From assembly GCF_009914755.1 (NCBI RefSeq), contig NC_060940.1: a stretch of DNA of 64,000 nt, one strand, 5' to 3'. Origin of the DNA: the human T2T-CHM13v2.0 reference genome, Homo sapiens. The notes below the pieces were generated by a model that saw nothing but the letters and a program-made list of their open reading frames with translations, had not been told where the DNA came from and made no database searches. Each line of letters opens with the position of its first letter. Positions within the stretch are counted from its first letter, which is position 1. A program made the position numbers and the translations under genes. Shown one piece after another: positions 30,755-45,299 of this stretch.

Positions 30755-33700
30755 AATCGTTACTGTTTTATACAGTCAATGTTTGTGTACATTTGTCTGC
30801 ATATTTACCGCTTTCTCTGCTCCCTATTCTTTTTGTGACCTCTACCTTCTACCTGGATCGGGTCCCTTCCACCTCAAGTACATGTGTTAGAATTTTCTTT
30901 AGTGAAGGTTTGCTGGTGGTGAACTTTCTAAGTTTTTATTTGCCAGAAAGTGTCTCTATTTTGCCTTCATTATTGAAAGCAGGACTCCCAGGATTCTAGT
31001 CCCAGCTCTGCCGTCACAGCTGCTGTGTGACTATAGCCTAGTCCTGTCTTTTTGGAACTCAGGTTCCCCACAGGTGAACCAAGAAGAAGGGCTAATCATC
31101 TCTCCTCCTGCCACCAGCTCATGTGACCAAGTCCCAGTGTTGTGTCTGTACTGGGAAGTTTGGTATCAGAGTTGCTGAGGTTACTCAAGGACCCTGAAGA
31201 GCTGGGTGATATAGAGTGAACTGATGAGATGAAGCTGCCTCCCCGGAAGCCACAGTCTTCAGGATCTGCAGCCTCTAAAGTTACCACACCTATAACACTT
31301 ATGTAGGTTTACCCAATATCTGGCTTGGGCCAGCAGTTTCTCACAGGTATGGATGAACAACTCCAGGTGAGAACTTGCTGCTCCCCTTGGGCTGGACAAA
31401 CTCAAGAAGGCAGTCTTCCCTTTCTGGGCCACCAGGCCCACCTGAGACCTGCCTTCCCTGAGCACAGGCAGGACACCTGGGTTCCAGCCTCTAACTCTGT
31501 ACCTCAAGCCAGTCCCTGCCCCTCTCTGGGCTCCAGTCCTCCCCACCCCCTCAATGAAATGGGGTAAGGCACAGTTGAGATAAGTCTCAAGGGCTCCTCC
31601 TGCCCTGCCCATCAGGCAAAGGTGTGATGGTCCCTCCTAGTGTGTGGCCGTGATCTCCGTGTGCTCCCGCGGGGGAAAGGGCAGTGCTGAGTGTGGGCCC
31701 TGGGGCAAGGGCCTGACCACCGAGCACTCCTCACCTGTGCCTGCAGGTGGCAGCAGCAGTCACCTGGCAGAGCCTGCGGGATTGCAGCAGCTAATTTGCG
31801 CATGGCCTGGGAAAGGGTCAGCTCAGTCATGCAAAGAGTAATTCCCAGCCCACCGGTGCCCGCTTCCTGCCTCTGCCAGGCCCTTGCAGGCCCCTTGCCT
31901 CCATCCTCAGAGGAAGCCAGAACTGGGAGAGGCCTTGGCCAAGGCGTTCCGGAGTAGGTGCTACAGGCCCTCTGTGGCCAGAGCCTCTGCTCACCCAAAT
32001 CCTGCCCTGCTTCCAGGCCAACCCCCGAATCCATTCTCATTTAGTTAGGGCTGCCAGCCTACAGGCAGTTAACTGCTCCCATTGGCAAAAACTTTAACGA
32101 GCAATTAATTAATAAAACTCATGACTGCCAGCCCCACTTCTTTCAGTGGGGACTGATTTTATTAACTACTCAGTCATTGGGGCAAAGGCTGATATCCACG
32201 TGTTTGTATCCTTCAGGATCCTAGGGCAAATGAAGGGTGACTGATTATCATTTCTGGGCAATGTGCTTTACAAACCACACTTCTTTCGGTCCTTACAGTG
32301 AGGTACTACTATTATATCCATTATACAGATGAGAAAACTGAGGCCCAGAAAGCTTACTCTCTTCCCCAGTGTCACCTAAGTAGAAGTGAATCCCAGTCTG
32401 TCTGACTCCAAAGGTATTTTCCCCTTGAGTGGCCCCTCAAAAACTGCTCTGTTTCCTTTTATGGCTGGAAGGTCCCAGAACCTATGAGCTAAGGGGCTGT
32501 TTTCTGACCTTCTCATGGCCTTGCAGGAAGGGACTGTGTGGACTCAGGTTTGTTCCCAAAGCAACTCCTTTGCTTTAGTGATGAAGGGAGCCCTCACCCC
32601 TCAGCTCTGTTGAGACAGCCCTTCTGCCCCTCTCCCTCCCCTCTAACCACCAGCCTCCAACCTGAATGAAGTTCCAGATTCTTCCTCTGCTTTTCCCTTA
32701 CCTCTTTCATGTCTGTGGGTGCCCCCTGAGGCAGTATTCATGTGATTTCAGATGGCACAGGAGATTCATTTTTCATTTTACATCATCACTAGTCCTTTGT
32801 TAATTATGGCGTGTGCCCTTCATCATTTAATGGGATATTATATTTTATTTTAAAAGTGATCATTTTGAATTACATGTAAAAAGGCCAGTTGATCTAGAAG
32901 AAAATATTAAGTAAATATCTGGCCGATTTCTAGACTTGTTAAAAACCACTGGAACAGAACTTGCCTACCTGAAGCTGGGGAGACCTGGTTTGGATTACCC
33001 CATTTCTTCTTAACCAAACCAGCCCAGGGGGGAGTTTGTCGGCCTCAAGAGAGAAGTCCTGTCCCTTAGGGGAAGTTGGCCTTCCTCCTCAGCCAACAAG
33101 CTCATGCTGCAGCTGGGTTATTTATTTCTCTGAAAATGTTATCAATGTGCTACACACGTGTGGTTTCAGGTAATCGTGGTTGCCTGGGGTGGAAGTGGAG
33201 GGGAGGTTGACTGCAAAGAGCCCCAAAGGAACTTTCTTGAAAGATGGACGTGTTCTATATTTTGGTTGGTGTGTTTGGTCCGAGAGTGTACATGTTTGCC
33301 AAGTCATCAGTCATCACCCTGTACACTTAAAATGTGGAAATTTTATTGTAGATAAGCAAAGTTGATTTGAAAACAACATCAAAACCAAAGCCACAAATAT
33401 TCACTGATGTTGGGAGCCACTCATATTCATTTCTCGTTCTGACTTCTGAGCTGCGAGGTGAGCTCTGTGGTCAGCTGCACTGTGGCGTATGCTCGCTGTC
33501 ATTCAGCTGACATTTCAGCTGCTCCCAAAGTCAACATTTATGAGTTCTGCCATGTGCCAACCACAAGAAGAGTGCATAAAATGACAGAGAGATGCCTTTG
33601 ACAAAGGGACATCACAAGTCAGGCAGGAAGGGGTGACTTAATCGGTAAATGGTGTTGGGACAATTGGTTCTCCATTCAGATGCAAACAAAACTAGATTCT

Positions 33701-34957
33701 AATAGGGCAACTATAGTTAATAGGATTTATACTTTATTTCACAATAGCTGGAATAGGAGATTTGGAAGGTTCCCAATGCAAAGAAATAATAAATGCTTGA
33801 GGTGATGGTTATCCTAATTATCCTCATTTAATCATTACACATTGTGTGCATGGATCAAAATATCACAGGTACCTCATAAGTATGTATGACTATTATGTAT
33901 CAATTTTTAAAAAGACTCACCCCACAAAAAATTAGACCCCTACCTCACATCATGTTCATGCACACAAAAATTCCAGATGAATTAAATGTTAAACAAATAC
34001 TCTAAAAGTATTAAAAAGAAAATATAGGAGAGTATTTTAAAAATAAATTCCAATCAGAAAAAGCCTTTTAAAGCAAGACATGAAAGCCAGAAATCATAAA
34101 GGAAGACTACATCTAACTATATAAAAATGCAAAACTTTTCTATGACCAATGACACCAAGAATTTAGCTAAAAGCATGCAGAAGATCCTGGGAAAATATTT
34201 GGCTCATATGTATTAAAGAATTAAGGTTTCTAATATGCAAAGAGGTCCTATGAATCAGTAAGAAAGTGGCAAAAAGCCCAATTAAAAATGTGTAAAGCAG
34301 GTGCCCTGCGTTGCCCAGACTAGCGACAATATAGTCAGGATGGCTAAAGATGACCCCCAAGAAACCAAAAGGTGAGATGTCTGCTTATGCCTTCTTTATG
34401 CAGACATGCAGAGAAGAATGCAAGAAGAAAAACCCAGAGGTTCTTGTCAATTTCACAGAAATTTCCAAGAAGTGCTCTGAGAGGCGGAAGACAATGTGTG
34501 GAAAAGAGAAGTCTAAGCCTGACGAAATGACCGAGGTGGATGAAGTACTCTATGATTGGGAAATAAAGAATTACGGACCAGCTAAGGGAGGCAAGAAGAA
34601 GGACCCTAAAGCCCCCAAAAGGCTACCATCTGGATTCTTCCTGTTCTGTTCAGAATTCTGCCCCGAGGACAAATCCACAAACCCTGGCATCTCTATTGGA
34701 GATGTGGCAAAAAGGCTGAGTGAGATATGGAATAACTTGAGTGACAGTGCAAAGCTGCCTGACATCACTACGGCAGCAAGCTGAAGAAGTGTGAGAAGGG
34801 TGTTGCTGACTCGAAGTCTGAAGGAAAGTTCGATGGTGCAAAAGTTAAAGTTGCCTGGAAAAAGGTAGACAAGGAAGAGGAGGAGGAGGAGGAGGAATTA
34901 AAAAACCTGTTTATCCATCTCCTTGTCAATATCTTAGAGCAGAGGAGTGTCATAATT

Positions 34958-35296
34958 CAGGGGTCCCCAACCCCCGGTCCATGGACCAGTACTCGTCTGT
35001 GGTCCATTAGGAGCCAGGCGTCACAGGAGGAGGTGAGCGGCAGGCGAGCAAGTATTACCACCTGAGCCTCCTGTCGGATCAGCGGTGGCATTAGATTCTG
35101 AACCCTGTTGTAAACTGCACATGAGAGGGATCTAGGCTGAGTGCTCTTTAGGAGAATCTAAATAATGCCTGATGATCTGAAGTGGAACCGTTTCATCCCA
35201 AAACTATCCCCCCCTTGCCCCCACCCTTGACCCCCGTCCGTGGAAAATTTTCTTCCATGAAACCGGTCCCTGGTGCCAAAAAGGTTGGGGACCGCG
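34958..35296. mobile_element. MER1B inserted in the pseudogene 3'UTR
   Basis: TIR CAGGGGTCCCCAACC / GGTTGGGGACCGCG; 8-bp TSD tcataatt/ttgtaatt. Confidence 0.9.
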
Positions 35297-35450
35297 TTGT
35301 AATTGACTCATCTCTCATTTGAGAAATATCTGTTGCCCTCATTAGTTTTAATTACAAAATTTGATCACGATCATATTGCAGTCTCTCAGAGTGCTCTAGA
35401 AATTGTCAGTGGTTTACATAAAGTGGCCGTGGGTGTCCAGAGCACCCTGA

Positions 35451-35789
<339 letters not shown>

Positions 35790-35808
35790 TCCGAACATTT
35801 TAAAATGA

Positions 35809-36493
<685 letters not shown>

Positions 36494-37429
36494 CTAAAGG
36501 CAAAGATGGGGGGGTCAGCTGGCATGAGAAGTGTTTAGTTTTTGTTTTGTTTTTTAGTTAAGTGTGGTGGTTTTTAAACTGTAGAACTCTTCATTGTCAC
36601 TAAAGCAAAGAGTCACTGCAATGAAAATTCAGGAACCTTCTGTCCTTAAACACGATTTGCAACATTCTGTTATTTTTTTTGTATGTTTAGAATGCTGAAA
36701 TGTTTTTGAAGTTAAATAAACAGTATTACTTTTTTTTAAGTTGGATAAAGGATATAAACATTTGTTTCACAGGAGAAGAAAGAAAAATGGATGATGAAGT
36801 TATGAAAAGATGCTCGGTTCCACTCAGAATTACAATAGGCACACTAAAACAATTTTTTGCCCATCTAGAGAGATCACCTCCACATTGGAATGGATATGGT
36901 GGGACTCTAAATTGGTACTACTTTTTAAGGGGGCAATTTAGCAGTGTCTATACCTTTTTTTTTTTTTTTTTGACAGGGTCTTGCTCTGTCACCCAGGCTG
37001 AAATGCAGTGGTGCCATCATGCTCACTGCAGCCTTGACCTCCCCGGCTCAAGTATCTGTACAATTTTTAATTGCACAATTCTATAACCTAGTAATCCCTC
37101 TTTTAGGTATCTTTCCTTTAGAAATAGCCACACATGTGCCAAAATATATATGTTAATTACTGCAAAGTGTATTACACTAAAAAATAGGACCCCTTAATTT
37201 CCTTCAATAGAGGGTTATGGCTAAATAATTTTACATTCTATGCAATGGAATTCTTGTACTAATGAAAAAGAATGAGATGGAACTATACATTCTAAGCAGA
37301 AATGATATCCATTATAACTTGGCAAGAGAAAGAAAAGCGAGTTGCAAACACTGTGTATAGCATACTAATTCTATTTTTGTAAAACAATTGCATATATGAG
37401 TTACAGGGATATATAATAATCATGTCTCA

Positions 37430-37610
37430 CAATTACTGAATGTTTACTGTGTAAACCAGGAGCATTGAATTATTATTACTCCCATTCTACATATGAGAAA
37501 ACAGGAACAGAGTGGTTAAGTAATTTGCCCAAGGCGGCACAGCTGGTAAGTTACAGAGCAAGGATTTGAACTCTGGCAGCCCAACTCCACAGTCTGAGCA
37601 CTTAACCCTA
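37430..37610 (-). mobile_element. MIR
   Basis: cccattctacatatgagaaaacagg...gttaagtaatttgcccaagg. Confidence 0.8.
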
Positions 37611-38641
37611 TACATGGCCTTATAGGCCAAAAATACTTCTGTTAACAGGGATGACCTGGAAAATCAAGAGTGGAGGGGCAGAGTCACTTTTTAATAAATA
37701 CTTCTAAATAGACATTAAAAAACACGAACTGGTAAAAAGGACTTATAGTGAAAAGCCCATTTCCTGCAAGCCCCCTCCCCAGAGGCAACCACTTCTAATA
37801 GTTCGAGCTCATGTGGCAGTTACCTCCAGAGCCATAAATAACATGCTTCTACTGCCATTTCCTGATTTATTAACCTTGGACATTATCTGTTGACTTCTGC
37901 AAACACTCAGAAAAGGAAAAATCAGCTTACCTTTTTTCTCCTTTCTTCTTGTTATGTTGCTTCTTGATAACAGGGCTGTTTGCTGCCACTGGCTCTGGTC
38001 TAGACCCTGGGCTGGACACTCGACTGCACAGTTGCCAAGACTAGGCCCACTGAGGTTCAAGACAAAAAAAGGACTTGCCCAAAGTCACTGTGAGTTGGTG
38101 TTGGAGGTGGCACCCGGCTCCTGGTCTGCATGGCTCCAGGGCCGGGCTGTCTCTGTGATACCCTTTGGCCCACCCTGAGAGTGACTCTTGTGCCACCCCT
38201 GGCCCACGCGGGCCTCTCTCACTCTGGCAGAGGCTTAGCATGGCTGGGGTGGGTGGCCCTGGCTGGGTTCCTGCTGAGGGCTGGCTGAGGCCTCCTGCTC
38301 AGGCAGGGGCAGGCATATTTGCAGAGCAGCAGGTGCAGCCTCCCAGTGTTTGGCCAGCCAAGGGTTTTATTCTCCAACACTGCCAGACCTAGACTTTGAC
38401 CCTCAGGGACTTCTACACAGCTGGCCTTCCAGATCACTGCCCCCATAGCCTCTATATCTCCAGGGGAAAGGCTGAGCCAGTGGCTGAGACTGGCAAAGTG
38501 CCGAGCACCAGATACCCAGGACCCTTAGGGCGAAACCACCAGACTCACATGCCCCAACCCTGCAGTCGCCTGGGGCCATCGGGCGGGTGTGGGGGTGGGG
38601 GTGTATAGGGGTAGAAGGAGCTTTAAAAAATTACCAGTGCT

Positions 38642-39066
<425 letters not shown>

Positions 39067-39364
39067 CTAGCACACGGTGGCCCCTGAGAGGATGCGGGTG
39101 GCACCGTCCCCACCCTTGTAGTCCCTTTTCCCAGACATGAGCTCCTGGCAGCTTTATTTGGGGTAGAAGAAGGGTCCTATTTATGCTGTGTCTGCATTTA
39201 GAGAGGCTGTTCACTCATTAAGTTACAGACTCTCCACCTTTCTGAACCTTGGTCTCCCCATCTGTAAAATAGGTATATGGTCAGGAATGGGGGTGGGAAT
39301 TGAGGATTGTGGGAGCCTTCTGGCTTTAAAATTATGAGCCCTGAGGAAGATCCCTGAAAGAGCC

Positions 39365-39760
39365 TGTGCTAGGTAGGTTATGACTTTGGCTGCTGTAACA
39401 AACTCAAGAGTAAGAACCCATATAAACAAGAAGCCGTTTACTTCCATCCCATGCGAGGGACCAGGCTGCACGGTGGCTGTGGTGGCTCCTGGACTTTGGG
39501 CACTCATACCCCTTCCCTTTTTGCTCCTCCAAAAGGGTGCACCTCTTTTTTTTTTTTTAAGAGCATGATGCAAGATTTGCAGACTTTACTGATGGCTGCA
39601 TCCTATTGTTCAGAACTTGGTCATGTGGCCACCCAGTTCCAAGGAATGTTAGGTAATAATGTCTTTATTGTAGGGGGCCATGAACCCAGCGAAAATATGG
39701 GGTTCTATTGGTATAGAAAGGGGAGGTGGATATTGAGGAACACTTACAGCTTCTGACATG
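39365..39760 (-). mobile_element. Old MLT1 (J/K-like) LTR
   Basis: ggctgctgtaacaaa...cagaacttggtcatgtggccac. Confidence 0.6.
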
Positions 39761-39765
39761 GAATC

Positions 39766-40118
39766 TAGAGGTTGCTTGCTGGAGGCCCCGAGGGTGAGAT
39801 CTAGCCTTAGATAGGCTTTGTTTGGCTTATGACAGGCTTTAAATCCATTTGAATTCATCCCCAACTTATAACAATTAAGATTTTCACATTAATTTCAAAT
39901 TTCTGGCTTCCTTGAAAAAACTGAAGGATCAGGCCACATGGGGCTCATATTTCCTCAAGTGACAGTTCACTGGAGCTGGGCAGTGCTCCCCAGCGTGGCC
40001 CATACTCTCCAGTTCACCCCAGGTCCCCCCACTCCCTATTGTCTCCCACCCTGCCCCCTTCCTGCTCTCATTAGCTTTGCAGCCTGGCCGCTGTGGGCAC
40101 TGTAGTTTGTGACTCTTG
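39766..40118. mobile_element. MER102 (hAT-Charlie)
   Basis: tttctggcttccttgaaaaa...ccactccctattgtctc...agtttgtgactcttg. Confidence 0.78.
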
Positions 40119-41767
40119 GCCCAGCATAGCCACCAGCTTCTATAAACAAGGAAATTGAGGCACAGAGAAAAAAAGAGACTTGCCCAAGGTCACCCGGTGA
40201 GCCTGGACAGAGCTGGGACTGCAGCTGCCGCCTGCACACTCAGCCTCAGCGTATTTTCTGCCGCACTGGTCACTTGAGGATCACCTGGGTGCCCATGTAC
40301 TCAGGAGAAAGGATGGCCCAATGGTTAAGCCATTAGGTGCTGGAATCTGATGGGTCTGGGTTTGAATTTTGGCTCTGTCACTTTTCAGGGCAAGTAACAT
40401 CAGCTCTCTGAGCCTTATTCTTTTTCTTTTTTTCTTCCTTTCTTTTTTTTTTTTTTTTCCTTTTTTGGACAACGAAATGGGATAATAATAGAGATTGCCT
40501 AATAGAATCACATGAAGATTAAAGTGAGGTGCAGGGCCATTGGCACTGACGGTGGGCACCTCCTTAAATGTTACACCCTAAGTATTTTGCTCATTCCAGC
40601 CTGCACAAGAAATCCTAATTCCTGGGACAGGAATTCAGAGACAAGTGGAAAAGCAGAGGGCTTTATCCCCATGCAACTGGGGGATGTGGCTGACCCTTCT
40701 GTGCGATGCAGCTCGGTTTCCTCCCTGTGGGGCCACAGCAGCCCCAAATTGCTGAGATCAGTCTGCATGGCAAATAGAATCTGTGTCAAGCTGCAGAGGT
40801 GGACCTGAGCCATTCTGTGTCGGGCTGTGCCGGAAACAAAAACACCTTCTCTGTCTTAGGAGCTGCGCCCACCTGCCCTCTCTTTCTTCAGCAGCCAGAG
40901 CTGCCTGCTCGGGTGTTAGTTCTGGCATGACTTGGCGTAACCTCAGGGAGGCACCACTGCGTCTCCTGTCAGCTCTTCTAAAGCTATGCCTCCGAGTATG
41001 GCGTGCTTTGGGGCCAGCTGTGACAGCTGGGGAGCAGCCCTATGCACCCCCACTACAGTCCAACATTTGGTTTCAGATTCTATTTATATACATTATGTAC
41101 CTAGATACTTGTGGGTTTGATTTGGTTTTGTTTTGATTGCACAAATAACATTAGAACAGCTATAATGGAAACAATTCTAAAATGGAAAAAAAAAAAGGCA
41201 CGCACAATGCTATCAGTTGGCTCGGCTTCCTAAAAGCACTGCTTAAGTGCTGGCAATAAGCCCCGCACTGTGCTGTCTATGGTTGATCTCACTAAAGCTG
41301 CACAACCACCCAGTGAGGAAGAAACCTGTCACAGATGGAGAAACTGAGGCACCAAGGGGCAGGTCGCCTCCTCAAGGTCACACAGTGAGGACTGGAATCC
41401 ACCTCCAGGGTCCTGTGCTTGCCACCTCCTCAGGGCTGCCTCTTCTTGCCTGTCATCCCTGCCACCTCTCAGCTTGACCTGGAAGCATCAATTTGACATC
41501 ACTGTTCACTCTGTGCAGAGCTTTTCCAAGTGGCCCCTGGGTAGCAGCCCTGTCTTTGAGTGGGGAAACAGGTCCCTGAGACAGGTGGAGACATTGCCTT
41601 TGTTTTCTGCTTATTTCACTGAATTTTGTATTACAGTCATCCCCCAATACCTGTGGGGGACCAAATTGTAGGATGCTCATGTCCCTCAGTCATGCCCCCA
41701 ACGACTTGTGCAGAGGGCCAACTGTATAAGCGTTTTCCTTTTGTTGTGACCATATGACCATGAGCTG

Positions 41768-41878
41768 GGGGGTGACCAGCTCTCTCAGTTTACTGGAACT
41801 GAGAGGTTTCCCAGGAGGCAGAGCTTTCAGTGCTAAGCAGAGACAGTCCCCGGCAAAATGAGATGGTTGGTGACCCCA
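41768..41878. mobile_element. MER81-like MITE (hAT-Blackjack)
   Basis: GGGTGACCA...ctttcagtgctaa...GTTGGTGACCCC, about 110 bp. Confidence 0.75.
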
Positions 41879-42284
41879 GAGGACAAACCTGGGTTGTGCT
41901 TTCTGAGCCATCTCCTGGTGCTGAGCACTTGGACCGCTTCAGCTCTCCACGGGTCAGGCTGGACAGCCCTGTGACCACAGCTTGTCACTGGAGTGTCTTT
42001 TCTTCAGGGCCCCTCTTGAGTAGGAGGAGACCAGGCTTTGAAGGTTCCTGAGAGGAGATGTACGGGACCTGAATACAGCTTTCCTGACCTGCCCCTCATA
42101 GGAGCCTGCAGGGAGGTGAGATGGGGACCCAGGACAGGGCTGAGGGCAGGCAAGGGCCAGGGGTGTGTTGGAGCTTGCTGTTTTGGCTTGCAAGAACTGG
42201 TGGTTAAATTTTTAGGCATTTTGTGAGTTGGTTGTTAAACATAGCCACTGTTAAGAATTAAATTACATACACAAAATTAAATTA

Positions 42285-42595
42285 CAGTCATGTGTTGCAT
42301 AATGACGTTTTGGGCAATGACAGACCACATAGATGACGGTGGTCCCATAAGATTATATGGGTCATATAAAGAAAGCTACAGATAGCACTTCATATTGGCC
42401 TTGCAGATCAACTAGGGGGAAATGACTGATATTCAGTAACGGTGCTGGGACATTTGGTTTTCCATGTAAGAATATATAAATTTTAAAATGCATCCTCTAG
42501 GTTTGGATAAATGCACTCTATGATGTTTGCACAATGGCAAAATCACCTAATGACGCATTTCTCAGAATGTGTCCTTGTTCAGTGACTCATGACTG
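42285..42595. mobile_element. Tigger3/MER7-family element
   Basis: TA|CAGTCATG ... CATGACTG TIRs; cacctaatgacgcatttctcagaa. Confidence 0.82.
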
Positions 42596-42662
42596 TGTAT
42601 TTAAAAAGATAATAAATACTCAGAATGAAACACTTTCTGATTATTTTACCACCATCATTCGT

Positions 42663-43126
42663 TGTAATGGATTGAATCCTGTTCCTCTTTGCCCCAAATT
42701 CTTAAGTTAAAGTTCTAACCCTGAGTACTTCAGAATGTGAGCTTATTTGGAGATAAAGTCTTTACAGAAGTAAGCAAGTTAATTGGCGTTTATTAGCGTG
42801 GGCCTTAATCCGATATGACAGGTGTGCTTACAAAATGGGGGAATCAGACAGAGACACACACACACAGGGAGGGCACCATGTGAAGATGAAGGCAGAGATC
42901 GGAGTGAAATTTCTACAAGCCAAGCAGTGCCAAAGATGGCCAGCCAACCACCAGAAACCAGGGGGAGAGGTGTGGGACAGATTCTCTTTCATAGTCTTCA
43001 AAGGCACCAACCCTGCCAACACCTTGATCTTGGACTTCTAACGTCTAGAACTGTGAGAGAATACATTTCTGATCAAGCCACCCTGTTTGTGGTACTTTGC
43101 TGTGATAGCCATAGCAAATGAATCCA
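42663..43126 (+). mobile_element. MLT1C-like LTR
   Basis: tgtaatggattgaat...ccatgtgaagatgaaggcagagatcggagtg...tttgtggtactttg. Confidence 0.85.
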
Positions 43127-43251
43127 TCTGTGCTCTTGAAGTTGCCATCTGTTGCACTGGTAGAGTAAAAAGAATGGTGAGCTTCTGTGCACCTTTTCCA
43201 AATGCCGTGTTCGATGTTTGCTATCTTGCAATTGGCCGTGGCAGAAGTATT

Positions 43252-43392
43252 TATTTATTAAAACTTTTTTTTTTTGGTAGAGATTGGGGTGGGTCTCAGG
43301 AGGTTGCCCAGGCTGGTCTTGAACTCCTGGCCTCAAGCGATCCTCCCACCTTGGCCTCCCAAAGTGTTGAGATTACAGACACTGCACCTAGT
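43252..43392 (-). mobile_element. Alu left monomer (FLAM)
   Basis: Single arm. Confidence 0.85.
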
Positions 43393-43859
43393 CAGAGAGT
43401 ATTAAAACCACGGAAATCTACAAATGTTACAAATCAGGACTTGCTTTGTTGTTTTGTTGATTGTCTAGATAGAGTTGAGAAAGCAGTGAAATGTTATTAA
43501 GGCATATTCCATGCAATCAATGTGTCATGTCTGTAGCTGTTACATCACGAACAGCACAAACAATTTGAAAACCATGATCCGATTCAGCCAACTATTCAAA
43601 ATCTGTATTCAAAATCAGACTCAGCAAAGATTCCAGTATCTGAAGACCATAATCCCACTCGGCAAAAAATTGCTCACGTCATTGATGGACAAATGAAATT
43701 CCGACACGTATCTTTGTTGTTTCCTTTTTTTTCTTGTTAATGTAAATGAAAATATCAATATAGGTATCCAAACAACACTTAGAGAGCCTGTTGTCAATAT
43801 TTAGCAGCCCACCACTAATGTGGGGCGGAGGAGGCCAGCTCTGGCCCGCCCAGGACTGA

Positions 43860-44396
<537 letters not shown>

Positions 44397-44409
44397 AGCA
44401 GTTCAATTT

Positions 44410-45131
44410 CTTGATGGGGAAGTAAGAGAAGAAATAAAAAATCAATGATGTAATTAATCAAGTAATTCAATAAATATGAAGGCAAATACATGTAATGAAA
44501 GGGCAATGAAAAAAGCAAACTAAAAAAACAAAAGAGTGGAGATAATTATGCCTGGTCTGGCATGCAGGAGAGGCTGCTAGGCCTAGCATTGATCGATAGC
44601 CTTTATCTTGTCAGAGCAGGGCTGAGTCCTTCAGCTACCCTCCTTGAAATATAAATCGATCCCCTCACTCCCTTTTGAATCCACCCATGGCTTCCTGCTT
44701 CCCTCGGACTAAAATTATACTTCCGTTCCTGTCTTCACAGCCCGGCTCTTTGCCCTCATCTCCTTTGCCTCTGTGCTCCAGTCACAATTACCAGATCCTA
44801 GTTTCTCCAACATGCTGAGGATATTCCTCACTCCGAGCCTTTGCACATGCTGTTCCTTCTGTCTGGTATGCTGAGCCCCAGGCCCACTCTTTCCACGGCT
44901 GGCTCCTCCTTATCCATTAGGACCTTGTTACAAACATCACCTCCTCCAAGGAGCCTTCCCTAATTACCTGGCTAAAGTGCATTCCCTATTTCATTTCATC
45001 TTCACTCTTTTGTTGTTTAGGTTGCTTTTTAAATTGCCCTCCCATTACATGTATTTGTCTTTGTATTTATTGAATTATTTGATTAATTACTTCATTGATT
45101 GTTTAATTTCTTACCTTACTTCCTCATCAAG
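44410..45131. repeat. Inverted repeat: arms 44410-44543 and 44998-45131 (134 bp, ~87% identity), 454-bp spacer
   Basis: Manual alignment of the left arm with the reverse complement of the right arm gives 16 substitutions and 2 single-base gaps. Confidence 0.93.
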
Positions 45132-45245
45132 CCATCAGCTCCATGAAGGCAGGGATGGTTTCTGGGCTCTGTCAGGTATGCAGAGCCCAGCTTGAGGCCT
45201 GGCACTTGGTGGGTACTTAGGAAATGTTCGTTGAATGAATGAATA
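44630..45245 (+). mobile_element. L2 3' region
   Basis: gcctttgcacatgctgttccttctgtctgg...agctccatgaaggcaggga...gttgaatgaatgaat. Confidence 0.85.
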
Positions 45246-45299
45246 AAATACATTCACTGAGAAACTGTATGACCTAGAGATAAATCATGGACCTATGGT

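Larger units (their letters stand above)
24950..30970 (-). mobile_element. Fragmented old L1 (L1M-type), antisense
   Basis: T-rich + strand with reverse-complement L1 3'UTR, ORF2 and ORF1 motifs; several nested insertions. Confidence 0.85.
42158..43817. mobile_element. MER63 (hAT-Blackjack) with three nested insertions
   Basis: TIRs CAGGGGTGTGTTGG / CAGCCCACCACTA; internal accacggaaatc...tacaaatcaggacttg. Confidence 0.78.
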
